A stretch of DNA of 64,000 nt from assembly GCA_047947115.1 (NCBI GenBank), contig CP170459.1, forward strand, positions 3,296,001 to 3,360,000, in the 5' to 3' direction. The notes under the pieces are model-generated. The model ran no database searches. It saw only the letters and a list, made by a program, of their open reading frames with translations, and was not told the origin of the DNA. Each line of letters begins with the position of its first letter. The stretch's first letter is position 1. Below, one piece after another: positions 1 through 9,632 of the stretch. This DNA comes from Verrucomicrobiota bacterium. Its GTDB lineage: Bacteria; Verrucomicrobiota; Verrucomicrobiia; Limisphaerales; AAA164-E04. The position numbers and the translations under genes were made by a program.

Positions 1-782
1 CCAACGACGATCATGTGCTTGTCCTGGGGCGTGATTAATGAAAAAATACCACTGCTTTGATTGCGCTGGATAGGCACGTGTCGATCCAACCATGTTCTTC
101 CTCGATCGTGTGAAACCAGCAAGCGACTGGTGGTATGTGATTGACCATCCAGAGCACCGCCTGTTCCGATCAGTATGGTTTCCTTTCCTGCAGCGGCGAT
201 GCATGTGCCACTGGCCGCAAAACCGGCTTCACCAGGTAGCATATTCGGTTGCAACTCCCGATCCAGCTCTTTCCATGATTGGCCTCCATTATCAGTCAAT
301 AGTACGACTAATCGACCATCGATAGGGTCCCCGAATGCGACCCCATGCCGATTATCCCAGAAATCCATGGCGTCGAAGAAAATGTCTTCGCGCAGATCGT
401 TGTAGACACGTGACCAATTTTTCCCCCCGTCCGAAGTTCGAAAGAACACACCTGGCGACCCTGCGTTCATGACGATGGCCGTGTTGGCGTCAAAGGCATG
501 AACATCACGAAAATCCCGTTCTGTCGCATCGGGGACAGAGGCATTCGCGAACGTTTTCCCTCCGTCAATGGTTCTGAGAACTGTTCCGTTTGAACCGCTG
601 ATCCAGAATACCTCGTCACTGACAACACACAGTCCACGAAAACTCGCCTCTGTGTTTGTTGACAACTTTTTCCAGGTGAAAGTTGGGGGTGAATTTCTCT
701 CTATGGAGGATTCGGATCGCACCGTTGAGACAAAACAGGTCAACAGCAATGCGATGGTGATTAGGCAATTTCTGATATACAT
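1..782 (-). CDS. Secreted BNR/Asp-box repeat protein (Ycf48/YVTN-like beta-propeller), runs off the window start
   Basis: Not in the ORF track because there is no stop inside the window. Manual translation from ATG 782: MYIRNCLITIALLLTCFVSTVRS...SFRGLCVVSDEVFWISGSNGTVLRTIDGGKTF...DFRDVHAFD...RTSDGGKNW...FFDAMDFWD...LTDNGGQSW...VSHDRGRTW. It has a signal peptide and four S/TxDxGxxW Asp-boxes. Confidence 0.85.
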   Translation of the reverse strand, partial: MYIRNCLITIALLLTCFVSTVRSESSIERNSPPTFTWKKLSTNTEASFRGLCVVSDEVFWISGSNGTVLRTIDGGKTFANASVPDATERDFRDVHAFDANTAIVMNAGSPGVFFRTSDGGKNWSRVYNDLREDIFFDAMDFWDNRHGVAFGDPIDGRLVVLLTDNGGQSWKELDRELQPNMLPGEAGFAASGTCIAAAGKETILIGTGGALDGQSHTTSRLLVSHDRGRTWLDRHVPIQRNQSSGIFSLITPQDKHMIVV

Positions 783-1037
783 GTCACATTTGCAATTGGA
801 TCCTGTCGGGCACTTTTGTCATAGGGCTGTCATCTGGAACAGATTTTTAATCCACCACGAAGCCAAGCGCACGAAGATTCGATGTTTTCTTCTTCTCCGT
901 GTTCTATGGAGTTTGCTGTTTATGAGCTCGCTTTGTAAAGTCTGGCTTGCCGTCGATGCATGGCTGCGCTTAACCTTACCGTTGTTAATGATCTCAAAAT
1001 TGAGACGGTAATAGTAATCCAAAATCAAGAACACACC

Positions 1038-1400
1038 ATGGCGACCCAAGATACCTGCTGCACCATTGTTCCTTACTTCAAAATCCATGAAGGACAACTC
1101 GACCATTTCAAAAACCTCTGTGAGGCATTTGTCGAGCGCACCTCCACCGAAACAAAATGCTTATACTATGGTTTCAGTTTCGAAAAAGATCAGGCGCATT
1201 GCAGGGAAGGATATGAAGACGCGGAGGGGGTTTTGGCCCATCTCAAGAATGTTGAAGCTTTACTAGGTGAGGCTTTGAAGATTTCCGATATCATTCGTCT
1301 CGAGATTCACGGCCCTGAAGGAGAAGTGGCTAAACTTCGCCAACCCCTTTCAGCATTAAAGCCTCAGTTCTTTGTCCTGGAATACGGTTTTCGGCGTTAG
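1038..1400 (+). CDS. Dimeric alpha-beta barrel protein (ABM / quinol monooxygenase-like)
   Basis: MATQDTCCTIVPYFKIHEGQLDHFK...E.KCLYYGFSF....HCREGYEDAEGVLAHL; start taken at ATG 1038 rather than 960. Confidence 0.7.
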   Translation: MATQDTCCTIVPYFKIHEGQLDHFKNLCEAFVERTSTETKCLYYGFSFEKDQAHCREGYEDAEGVLAHLKNVEALLGEALKISDIIRLEIHGPEGEVAKLRQPLSALKPQFFVLEYGFRR

Positions 1401-1439
1401 ACGGAACCCGTGCCGGCATTGCAGCGACGCACTCCGCGG

Positions 1440-2246
1440 TTATTCCATCGACTTAAGAAATTCATCCAGGGCTTCATCCTTCATCTCGACCAGGTGTTCA
1501 TTGGATGGGAATGCGCCTTCGTTGACGTCCTGGACGTATTCCTTGAATGCGGCGATGCGCTCTTGCTGCAGTCTATCATGCTCGGCCTTGAAGTTACGGT
1601 AGGCTTTTGCATGTCGGGGCAGGCGTTCATCGTAATCACCGAGAATGTCATCCGAGAACAGGAATTGGGTATCGCAACCGGAGCCCGATCCGAGGGACAT
1701 CAGGATCATCGGAGTCCTGGAGGACAGCCAGCTTGCGAGTTGGTGAGGTACGCATTCCAGTTCCGCCGCATAGGCGCCCGCGTTCTCAAGCTCCTTCATT
1801 TGAGTGTATAGTTTCTTTGCCTCCTCTGCCGTTTTCCCTATCGCTCGATAGTTGGTCCAGGTGACATGCCGTGGAATCATTCCAAGATGGCCGACCACCG
1901 GGATTCTCTCACGCGCCATGCCTTCTATGATATGAGGGCTCGCCGAGCAGTAGACGGAGCTTGCGCCCATCTCAAGCGCTTTGAATGCGATGCGTATGGC
2001 TTCTTCCTGCGTGGCCATTCCGTGGGGCGTGGCACAGGACAGAAAACTATTGGGAGCGGCGGCGACCAGTCGAGGCAATCTTGCCTGTGCCTCTGGAGAG
2101 TCGAAACTGCAACTCATCAGATCAATTCCCGCCTCTTCGGCCGCAGCGGCTTCTTCCGGAGATTTGACATGAATATGGGTCAGGCAACGTTTGCCCTTGA
2201 GTTTTTGCAGTTCGTAGACCGTGTATTTCTTTCGAGGACGGAGCAT
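1440..2246 (-). CDS. Divergent ketopantoate hydroxymethyltransferase (PanB-like) protein
   Basis: The C-terminal half matches PanB (VVGHLGMIP, LENAGAYAAELECVP, LGSGSGCDTQFL..DDILG, YVQDV..GAFP..EH). The N-terminal TAYD, LVGDS, DMPF and VKLEG motifs are absent. Confidence 0.75.
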   Translation of the reverse strand: MLRPRKKYTVYELQKLKGKRCLTHIHVKSPEEAAAAEEAGIDLMSCSFDSPEAQARLPRLVAAAPNSFLSCATPHGMATQEEAIRIAFKALEMGASSVYCSASPHIIEGMARERIPVVGHLGMIPRHVTWTNYRAIGKTAEEAKKLYTQMKELENAGAYAAELECVPHQLASWLSSRTPMILMSLGSGSGCDTQFLFSDDILGDYDERLPRHAKAYRNFKAEHDRLQQERIAAFKEYVQDVNEGAFPSNEHLVEMKDEALDEFLKSME

Positions 2247-2364
2247 GGGGGGCAGCGTAATGATCTCCGGTCATCATTCAAGTCCGATTAGGAAAATATC
2301 GAGTATTGCCAGGAATCTCCTTGGGAATCTGGATTCCAGTTTTGAGCTGAAACTTTCTAATTGA

Positions 2365-3678
2365 TTAATATTTAGGGAAGATGTCAGGTGTCGGGAATCG
2401 GTCTTCGTAGCTGGAATTGAACAGGTATTCTTCGCGGGGTATCTGCATCTTGGGCCAGTTCTGCGGTCGGATACGGATGACTCTTCCGGGACGAATGCCT
2501 TCGATGATCAGATCGGTGTCAAACTGGATCTGAATGCCGCTGCTGCCGATGGGGACTTTACCCGTAGCACGTGTGATATTCAGAATGGTGCCATTGGAAG
2601 CCAAGTGCCCCGGACCGTAGTGGCCGGCTGTGTGCTTCAGGGTGTTTTCAGCTCCGTTCATTTGTGCTGCGACTCCTTTGCGGAAGTCGTCGTACAGCGT
2701 GGGATCCATTCCTCCGAAGAGCGTGGCGCTGACGGTGGCGCGTCCGAATTTGCCATACTCGACGGCATCGACCCAGCCCGGCATCCAACGGCTGCGGATG
2801 AAGGTTTTGTGTGTTTCGGTCTGAAATTCGGCGGCGTTATGGATGGCTGCTTCGTCCAGCCAGATATCCGAAATGTGGAAGCGCGTGAAGGCTCCACTCA
2901 GTCCATCACCCGGCGCCGGTCTCCAGGTGATCCCTAGTAAGACTGCTTGCCCGTCGAGATCCCTTATGCCAGTGGCTGGCCATGTGCCTTCGGAGATCAT
3001 GTCCCTGACCCGAATTCGCTCTCGTCCCCGCCAAATACGAGTGGCGGCGTCGAAGGTCAAATTTTCCTCGTCTACGTTGTTGTCACCTCCGGTTTTCCGT
3101 TCACGGCGGGCGATGATCTTGCCCGCGTTGTTCTCGATCTCCAATGTTTTCAACTTCCAAACTTTGCCTTCGCGTAGGCAGTGACTGGGCTCGTCTTCAA
3201 GAAGGAGTAGGTGGTTCTCGGCCGGCGCGGTTCCTGTTCCACGATAATGTCCGACGTCTTTATCTTTGTGGTCGACCGGTAATACGGGAACGACGGAGAT
3301 CTTCGGGTCCGGTGGGAGAAATCCCCGGACGTGCATCACGGTGCCGAGCGGGACGTCGCGCAGATCCGCCGGTGCACCGTGATACCGGATGATGCCGTAG
3401 GGGAGCATGGCGAAGGGTTGCGGATCATTTCGGTAGAACTTTCCATCGCCCGCCACACGGAGGCTTCCTCGGCGGTTGGGGTGATCCACGAATACCAGTT
3501 CACCGCGGTAGGCGTGTGCTTTTTCCATCGGAGGGAAGACTCCGGTTTTGGGGCGAAAAATCTCCGGTTTTGGCTCCGTGACCGGCTCGGCCGCGGTGGT
3601 GTTCACTTGGAGGATGACCGAAAAGGCGAGGGCGATTCGCCATCGATTCAAAAGTGATGGAATTGGATTCATGAGCAT
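2365..3678 (-). CDS. Secreted hypothetical protein, tandem paralog of 3687-4937
   Basis: 437 aa ORF with a signal-peptide-like N-terminus; shares long motifs with its neighbour ([48 protein letters not shown]). Confidence 0.85.
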   Translation of the reverse strand: MLMNPIPSLLNRWRIALAFSVILQVNTTAAEPVTEPKPEIFRPKTGVFPPMEKAHAYRGELVFVDHPNRRGSLRVAGDGKFYRNDPQPFAMLPYGIIRYHGAPADLRDVPLGTVMHVRGFLPPDPKISVVPVLPVDHKDKDVGHYRGTGTAPAENHLLLLEDEPSHCLREGKVWKLKTLEIENNAGKIIARRERKTGGDNNVDEENLTFDAATRIWRGRERIRVRDMISEGTWPATGIRDLDGQAVLLGITWRPAPGDGLSGAFTRFHISDIWLDEAAIHNAAEFQTETHKTFIRSRWMPGWVDAVEYGKFGRATVSATLFGGMDPTLYDDFRKGVAAQMNGAENTLKHTAGHYGPGHLASNGTILNITRATGKVPIGSSGIQIQFDTDLIIEGIRPGRVIRIRPQNWPKMQIPREEYLFNSSYEDRFPTPDIFPKY

Positions 3679-3686
3679 TTAATGCA

Positions 3687-4937
3687 TTAGTATTTCGGAA
3701 AGACGGCTGGGGAGGGGAAGCGGTCCTCAAGTTTGCTGCCGTCGCCGATGTATTCTTCGCGGGGAATGTTGACCTGAGGCCAACTGGCGGGGCAGATGCG
3801 AATGACTCGTCCGGGACGAATGCCTTCGATGATCAGATCGGTTGAAATGGTAACCTGGATGCCGCTGCTGCCCATAGGCGGCTCTCCCTCGGTTCTTGTC
3901 ACTTCGAGGATGGTTCCACGTGAAGCCATATGGGCTGGACCGTAATCTCCACCCGCGTGCTTCAGGGTGTTTTCGACGCCGTTCATCATGGCGGAAATAT
4001 CCTTGTTGAAATCGGCGTAAAGTGAGCCGTCCATGCCGCCAAACAAGGTAGCTGTGACGGTGGCTTGACCAAATTTGCCGTAATCGACCGCATCGACCCA
4101 GGCAGGCATCCAGCGACTGCGGATGAAGGCGTTGTGGGTTTCGGTCTGGACTTGCGTGGCGCGCTGCATGGCCACGTCATCCAGCCAGATATCCGAGATG
4201 TGAAAACGGGTGAAGACTCCATCCGGTGTGGGTTTCCAGGTGATCCCGAGCAGGACGGGTTGGTCTTCCAGGGATTTCTTGCCGCTGGCGGGCCAGGTTC
4301 CCTCGGCGATCAGATCCGCGACGACAAGGCGTTCACGTCCGCGCCAGAAAAGTGTGGCCGCGTCAAAGGTCAGTTTTTCCTCTTCGCTCTCGTCGCCGCC
4401 TCCTTGTATGGTTGAACGGCTGGCGATGATCATTCCCTTGTTGTTTTGGATGTCCACTTCCTTCAGTTTCCATACCTTGCCTTCGCGCAGGCAGTGACTC
4501 GGTTCGTCTTCCAGAAGCAAGACATGGTTTTCGGCGGGGAAAATGCCCGCGCCTCGGTTGTGGTCGGCATCCTTCTTTCCACTGTCCACCGGCAACACCG
4601 GCACGGCGGAGATGCTTGGGTCCGGTGGAAGAAAGGCGCGGACGTGCAGCACTGTGCCCAGGGGGATATCCCTAAGATCGGCCGGTGCTCCGTGATAGTG
4701 AATGATACCATAAGGCAACATGGCGAAGGGATGCGGGTCGTTGCGGAAGAACATGCCGTTGCCTTGCACCCGGATGCTACCACGACGGTTGGGGTGATCC
4801 ACGAAGATCAGTTCGCCCCGGTAGGCGTGTGCTTTTTCCAGTAGGGGAAATTCTCCTGCCTTGGGGCGGAATGGAGATTCCGCGGTGAGGGTGAGGGTTG
4901 TTAGGAGGGTTAAAATCTGAATCTTACTCTTAATCAT
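3687..4937 (-). CDS. Secreted hypothetical protein, tandem paralog of 2365-3678
   Basis: 416 aa ORF, 8 bp upstream of its paralog, with the same conserved motifs. Confidence 0.85.
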   Translation of the reverse strand: MIKSKIQILTLLTTLTLTAESPFRPKAGEFPLLEKAHAYRGELIFVDHPNRRGSIRVQGNGMFFRNDPHPFAMLPYGIIHYHGAPADLRDIPLGTVLHVRAFLPPDPSISAVPVLPVDSGKKDADHNRGAGIFPAENHVLLLEDEPSHCLREGKVWKLKEVDIQNNKGMIIASRSTIQGGGDESEEEKLTFDAATLFWRGRERLVVADLIAEGTWPASGKKSLEDQPVLLGITWKPTPDGVFTRFHISDIWLDDVAMQRATQVQTETHNAFIRSRWMPAWVDAVDYGKFGQATVTATLFGGMDGSLYADFNKDISAMMNGVENTLKHAGGDYGPAHMASRGTILEVTRTEGEPPMGSSGIQVTISTDLIIEGIRPGRVIRICPASWPQVNIPREEYIGDGSKLEDRFPSPAVFPKY

Positions 4938-4941
4938 AATC

Positions 4942-5100
4942 CTAATCGCTAACTACTAACTACTAAATACTAAATACTAATAGATAAATACTAACTACTA
5001 AATACTAATAGATAAATACTAAATACTAAATACTAATATCTAACTACTAACTGCTAATAACTAATAGCTAATAAATAATAACTAATAGCTAAAAACTAAA
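4942..5100. repeat. Degenerate heptamer tandem array (CTAA-NNN; about 23 units in unbroken 7-nt phase)
   Basis: Units CTAATCG, CTAACTA, CTAAATA, CTAATAG, ATAAATA and others fill essentially the whole intergenic gap between the DUF1552 stop (5101) and the next ATG (4937). Confidence 0.95.
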
Positions 5101-6474
5101 TTAAACCCCAACCACCCCATTACTATCCCCAAACCGATCCGCCTCAACCCCCATGCGTTGCGCCATCAAAAGCAGAAGATTGCTCATATGGGCACCCGTA
5201 TTCACAGGCCGACCGCAGATCTGATAATGTGCGGAGGTGAGCGCACCGTCAGGATCCAGGGAATAACCCTTGAAGTCCTTGGCCTCACGGTTGAAGTCGA
5301 GATGGCTGCCATGCTTCAGACCGAGATCCGAACCACCTGCGAGCACCAAGGGGAGATTGGCATTGCCATGGCTGTGACCGTAGCACATGCCACTTCCGAA
5401 GAGTGACATGGTGGTGTCGAGCAGCGGTTTGCCGTTGAGATCCTTTGTTTCGCTGAGTCGCGAGAGGAAGTAGCTGAACTGCTCGACCGCAAAGGTGTCG
5501 TAATTCGTGAGCTTTTCCATGTAACCGGCATCGCCTCCGTGATGACTCAACTGATGGCGAGACTCCGTGATGCCGATTTCGGGAATGGAGAAAGCATCCC
5601 CTTCGCCGCCCAGACTGAAAGAGGCCACACGGGTCACGTCCGTTTGAAAGGCGAGCACCATGAGATCGTAAACGGTGCGGAAATACTCGCCAGCCTGGGT
5701 TTGGGGAATGTCGCGGTTGGTGCGCTTGCGGTCGGCTTGGGAGATTTCGGGAAGTGGTGTGTCGAGCCAGGCATCGGCGCGTCGGGTTCGGATCTCCGCC
5801 TCACGAACGGAAGTAAGGTATTGCTCAAGGCGACCCTTGTCTTCGACTCCCATCTTTTTCTCCAAGCGACGCACTTCGGCCAGGTTGTCATCGAGTATGC
5901 TGGCTTTGCGACGCAGCGATTTCCTTTGGGCTTCGACACCGCCTTTCGGTTCTTCAAATAAAGTGGCAAAGATCTGACTGCAACGCCGCAGAGCGGGTAA
6001 TTGCACCCCATCTGCGGTCCAGGCAAGAGATCCCTGTGTGAGGGCGATCTCCATGGATGGATAACGGGTGTGTGGCGCGGTGACTTCGGCCATTTTTTGG
6101 TCCACTGAGATGGTGTTGCGATCCGAGGGACCTAGTTTTCCTCCAGTGAGAAAGACATCGATGCAGTTGTGATGATGCCCCAGGGCGCCGGGATGATGCA
6201 GGCCGCTGATGGGGGTGATGACATCACGGTGCTTTTCCAGAGGTTTGAGTGACCTGGAAAACTGGTAGTCCTTCCCTGGTGTCAGGATCTGGTAGTTCAG
6301 CGAATGAACCCCATTGGCCAGGTAGACGAAGGCGCTGCGTTTAGGGGAAGCCGTGTCTAGCTCAGCCGCCCGGAGCGGAATCATGCATTCCAACATGGGG
6401 AGGGAGATGCAGGCGCCCATGGCGCGCAAGGCGTGACGGCGGTCGATCCGCCAGGATTGGGAGAGGATATTCAT
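5101..6474 (-). CDS. DUF1552 (HXXSHH) domain protein, Tat-like N-terminus
   Basis: [55 protein letters not shown]. Confidence 0.9.
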   Translation of the reverse strand: MNILSQSWRIDRRHALRAMGACISLPMLECMIPLRAAELDTASPKRSAFVYLANGVHSLNYQILTPGKDYQFSRSLKPLEKHRDVITPISGLHHPGALGHHHNCIDVFLTGGKLGPSDRNTISVDQKMAEVTAPHTRYPSMEIALTQGSLAWTADGVQLPALRRCSQIFATLFEEPKGGVEAQRKSLRRKASILDDNLAEVRRLEKKMGVEDKGRLEQYLTSVREAEIRTRRADAWLDTPLPEISQADRKRTNRDIPQTQAGEYFRTVYDLMVLAFQTDVTRVASFSLGGEGDAFSIPEIGITESRHQLSHHGGDAGYMEKLTNYDTFAVEQFSYFLSRLSETKDLNGKPLLDTTMSLFGSGMCYGHSHGNANLPLVLAGGSDLGLKHGSHLDFNREAKDFKGYSLDPDGALTSAHYQICGRPVNTGAHMSNLLLLMAQRMGVEADRFGDSNGVVGV

Positions 6475-6548
6475 GGGGTTAGTTGTTAGCTTTTAGTTGT
6501 TAGTTGTTAGTTGTTAGTTGTTAGTGGTTGGGTTTTGGCTCTTAGTTT
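6475..6548. repeat. Heptamer array, left arm (GGGG, then TTAGTTG/TTAGCTT/TTAGTGG units)
   Basis: Seven clear units at 6479-6527 plus three degenerate in-phase units to 6548. It overlaps the 3' end of the four-helix-bundle gene, whose stop lies inside the array. Confidence 0.9.
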
Positions 6549-6887
6549 TTGGATGTAGGTGTTGAGCATGCGTTTGATTTGGATGAGTTCATTGTTTGTT
6601 GTTTTGTATGCGTTTGGTGGAAGATAATTCAGGTCGTTTGCCAGGAGGAGCTGATATTCCAGTTCGGAGGCGGAACCCATGGCGTTGTCGAGGAATCTGG
6701 CGAAGTCCTTTTCCGTGTTCCGACCGCTACCTTCCGCGATATTGGTTGGAATCGAAGAAGCGGACCGACGCATCTGACGGACAAGTCCATAGCATTCGGC
6801 TTCGGGAAAGCTTTGTGTGATCCGGTAAATATCCAGAGTAAGCCCATGCGACCGAACCCAAATCTGCAATTTCCTAAAATCTCTCAT
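6507..6887 (-). CDS. Four helix bundle protein (TIGR02436 / 23S rRNA intervening-sequence protein family)
   Basis: MRDFRKLQIW.RSH.LTL.IY.IT..FP..E.YGL..QMRRSASSIPTNIAEGSGR.T.KDFARFL..A.GSASELEYQLLLA.DL.YL is the family signature; ATG at 6887. Confidence 0.93.
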   Translation of the reverse strand: MRDFRKLQIWVRSHGLTLDIYRITQSFPEAECYGLVRQMRRSASSIPTNIAEGSGRNTEKDFARFLDNAMGSASELEYQLLLANDLNYLPPNAYKTTNNELIQIKRMLNTYIQKLRAKTQPLTTNN

Positions 6888-6900
6888 CCAACAAAACAAA

Positions 6901-6992
6901 CTAAAACCTAAAACCTAAAAGCTAACAGCTAACAGCTAAAACCTAAAAGCTAACAGCTAACAGCTAAAACCTAAAAGCTAACAGCCACCCCC
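6901..6992. repeat. Heptamer array, right arm (CTAAAAC/CTAAAAG/CTAACAG x12, then CCACCCCC), inverted relative to the left arm
   Basis: Twelve units at 6901-6984 with a higher-order 28-bp period (CTAAAAC CTAAAAG CTAACAG CTAACAG). Confidence 0.95.
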
Positions 6993-9422
6993 TCACCGCC
7001 TCCTCATCAATTCCGATACAGCCACCACCCGAATGATATCCTTCACACGGTAATTGTTCTTTTCCGCTTCGGCCTGGATGTCTTTGAGGTCGTCCTGATC
7101 GTCCACTGTCAGCACACGGCGCAATGCATAGGTGCACAGGTGCTCGATAAAGGCTTGGGCGATCCGATCGCGATCATTGAGCAGGATCTGTTTGAACTCG
7201 TTGGCGCCATTGAAGGCACGTCCATCCGGCATAACGCCGGTTGCATCAACCAGGGGATCCTCGCCTTTGCCCTTGGGAACCCGCTCGCGTTCGCGCCATT
7301 GACCGATGGCATCGTAGTTGTCCCAGGCAAAGCCCAGTGGATCGATGTTTGCATGGCATGAGGCACAATTCACATCGGTTGCATGCACCTCCAGTCTTTG
7401 GCGGACGGTTACTTTGTCACCATCAGGCGGAACGGGTTCGATTGGATTGACATTTGCCGGTGGTGGTGGCGGTGTTTTATTGAAAATCACTTCGCTGAGC
7501 CAGACTCCTCGGTGGACCGGACGGTGGCGGGTGCCGTCCGAGGTTAATCCGAGCACAGCGCCCATCGTCAGGAGGCCGCCGCGACGGTGTTCTGGTTGGA
7601 GCGATAGGCGTTGGAAGTCGCCGGTCTGTGGCTCGGGCAGTCCGTAGAAATCACACAGCCGGGCGTTGACCACGGTCCAGTCGGAATCAATAAAATGGTC
7701 GATCGACAGATTCTTCGCGATCATCTCGCGAAAAAACTCCACCGGCTCGGCCCGCATGCTCGTCTCGAGCCAGTCGTCGTAGACCGGGTAGAGTCCCCGG
7801 TCAGGCGGGAACATGCCGACTCGGTGCAGTTGCAGCCATTGGCGGGAGAAGTCGTCGATGAAACGGTTGATTCGATCGTCCGTCAACATTCGATCCACTT
7901 CCTGCAGGAGTCCGTCGTTGTTCAAGGTTCCTTCTCTTGCCGAGGCGAAGAGTTCATCATCCGGCATGGAACTCCAAAGAAAATAAGAAAGCCGTGAGGC
8001 AAGTTCCCATTCCGTGAGATGCTCACGCGTGACGGGGGCTCCTTCGACCAGATAGATGAAATGTCTCGATGTCAGGACACGCAGCATCGCTCCGCGCCAG
8101 GCATCGCCCATTGTCTCACCTGCTTTGCGGTCGGAGCGATACGAATCCAGGTATCCTTGCAGTTCCTGCATCTGGACCGGTCGCCGCCAGGCGCGTTCGG
8201 CGAAGCGCTGCAGATGTTCGGTGACCACTTCGTCGCTTGCGTTATCAGCCGGGATCACGCCTTCGCGCCGGGCTTGTTCTGATTGCGACACCAGTGGGCC
8301 TTCCCATTCAATCCAGTCGAGAAGCACCGTGGAAAAAATTCCATTCCCGTTGCCATCGAACATTTGTGGTGCGTTGGGATTGAGGAGCAGGGTTTCGCTG
8401 CTGTGTGTAAAAGTGTAGCCACGTCCGAACGCATTGCGAAAGGCGGCACCACCTCTACGGTCAACGACATCCGTTGCTACCACGGCGAAATGCAATCCGG
8501 TCGGCATCTCGAGAAACACTTCGAACTCGTAGACACTGGGATCATCCTCCGGCGCGGTGATGTCAAACTCAATCAACCCATCCACGGTTTCCTCACTGGT
8601 TCTCAAACCGATGCTGAGATGGGCCGGTTGACCGCCGGGCGGACGGATGCCACTGGCTTGCAGTCGGAGACGGTAGAGGCCGCTTTGTTCCGGACCTGGT
8701 CTTCCAAACCAGTGGGCCTGGAAGGCACTCTGAACACGACCGGGAAAAAGAAGATACCGCAATGGACGCTTGATGCCAAAACGCTCCAGAGCTTCTATCT
8801 CCTCCTTTCCACCACCATAGCCCAACTCCGCCGCCGTCTTCCGAACCTTGCGTGATTCGCCAGAAACGGCGGGAAAGGCGCGATCCAAAACCAGTTTGGC
8901 GGCCCTGTAGTATCGATCCACATGCGATGGCGAGAGAGACAATTCCGAACCAATGCGCTCGAATCCGTGCCAAAGCGTGTCCTCATTCAATTCGCCCGGT
9001 TTGGTGGGGTCGTATCGTACGCCGAGCAGGTCGTAGACCGTGTTCTGGTATTCTTTCCGGCTCAGACGGTAATGTGCCACCGGTGGCCGAGCCGCCATGC
9101 GCGCCGCTTTGCCTGCTTTTAATTTCGTGTCGAGATCTGTAACGAATTTGGTGATTTCGTCTTGCTTGGGTTGAGGTTCTCCTTCAGGGGGCATCTCGCC
9201 GCTATTGATCTTCTCGATGACCTCCGCCCAGATATGTGAGTCCTCACCCAAGCGAAAATTGCGAGAGATCTGATCGATCCGAAGGTCGCCTTTCATCTTA
9301 TCCGGGCCGTGACAGCTCAAGCAATGCGTTTGTAGAAAAGGTTCAAACGGTTCAGATGCTGGTAGTACCGTGGCTACAGCCAAGGATGCAAGCATGACAA
9401 AACAATGACGCTCAATAATCAT
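6993..9422 (-). CDS. Planctomycete-type cytochrome c protein with DUF1587/1595/1592/1588/1585 domains
   Basis: N-terminal CLSCH heme motif, [43 protein letters not shown]...PVHRGVW, second heme motif CASCH, IDPLGFA. Confidence 0.92.
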   Translation of the reverse strand: MIIERHCFVMLASLAVATVLPASEPFEPFLQTHCLSCHGPDKMKGDLRIDQISRNFRLGEDSHIWAEVIEKINSGEMPPEGEPQPKQDEITKFVTDLDTKLKAGKAARMAARPPVAHYRLSRKEYQNTVYDLLGVRYDPTKPGELNEDTLWHGFERIGSELSLSPSHVDRYYRAAKLVLDRAFPAVSGESRKVRKTAAELGYGGGKEEIEALERFGIKRPLRYLLFPGRVQSAFQAHWFGRPGPEQSGLYRLRLQASGIRPPGGQPAHLSIGLRTSEETVDGLIEFDITAPEDDPSVYEFEVFLEMPTGLHFAVVATDVVDRRGGAAFRNAFGRGYTFTHSSETLLLNPNAPQMFDGNGNGIFSTVLLDWIEWEGPLVSQSEQARREGVIPADNASDEVVTEHLQRFAERAWRRPVQMQELQGYLDSYRSDRKAGETMGDAWRGAMLRVLTSRHFIYLVEGAPVTREHLTEWELASRLSYFLWSSMPDDELFASAREGTLNNDGLLQEVDRMLTDDRINRFIDDFSRQWLQLHRVGMFPPDRGLYPVYDDWLETSMRAEPVEFFREMIAKNLSIDHFIDSDWTVVNARLCDFYGLPEPQTGDFQRLSLQPEHRRGGLLTMGAVLGLTSDGTRHRPVHRGVWLSEVIFNKTPPPPPANVNPIEPVPPDGDKVTVRQRLEVHATDVNCASCHANIDPLGFAWDNYDAIGQWRERERVPKGKGEDPLVDATGVMPDGRAFNGANEFKQILLNDRDRIAQAFIEHLCTYALRRVLTVDDQDDLKDIQAEAEKNNYRVKDIIRVVAVSELMRRR

Positions 9423-9521
9423 AGCGGAATGAGAAAGGGATATACTGCGCGATTTTTAGCAACGGCTCAAGCCTGCTATTTCGGGTTGGATGCTTGATAG
9501 ATGAGAGAAAAATGGAAATTT

Positions 9522-9564
9522 ACTTTGCAATGCAAAGTTGGAATGTTACTTTGTGTTGCAAAGC
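9522..9564. promoter_or_regulatory. Two tandem palindromic operator-like sites (ACTTTG-N5-CAAAG)
   Basis: Perfect 8-1-8 palindrome ACTTTGCA-A-TGCAAAGT (9522-9538) and degenerate copy ACTTTGTGTTGCAAAGC (9548-9564), in a divergent promoter region. Confidence 0.6.
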
Positions 9565-9632
9565 GAGTGAGGTTATCTAACCCGGAACTTTGGTGTTCAT
9601 CATTTTCGCATTGAAATAATTTCCAAATAACA

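Noticed and set aside
6507..6887. Four-helix-bundle gene as the Avd of a diversity-generating retroelement, or as a true 23S rRNA IVS
   Set aside because: No reverse transcriptase, no TR/VR pair differing only at adenines, and no rRNA sequence in the window
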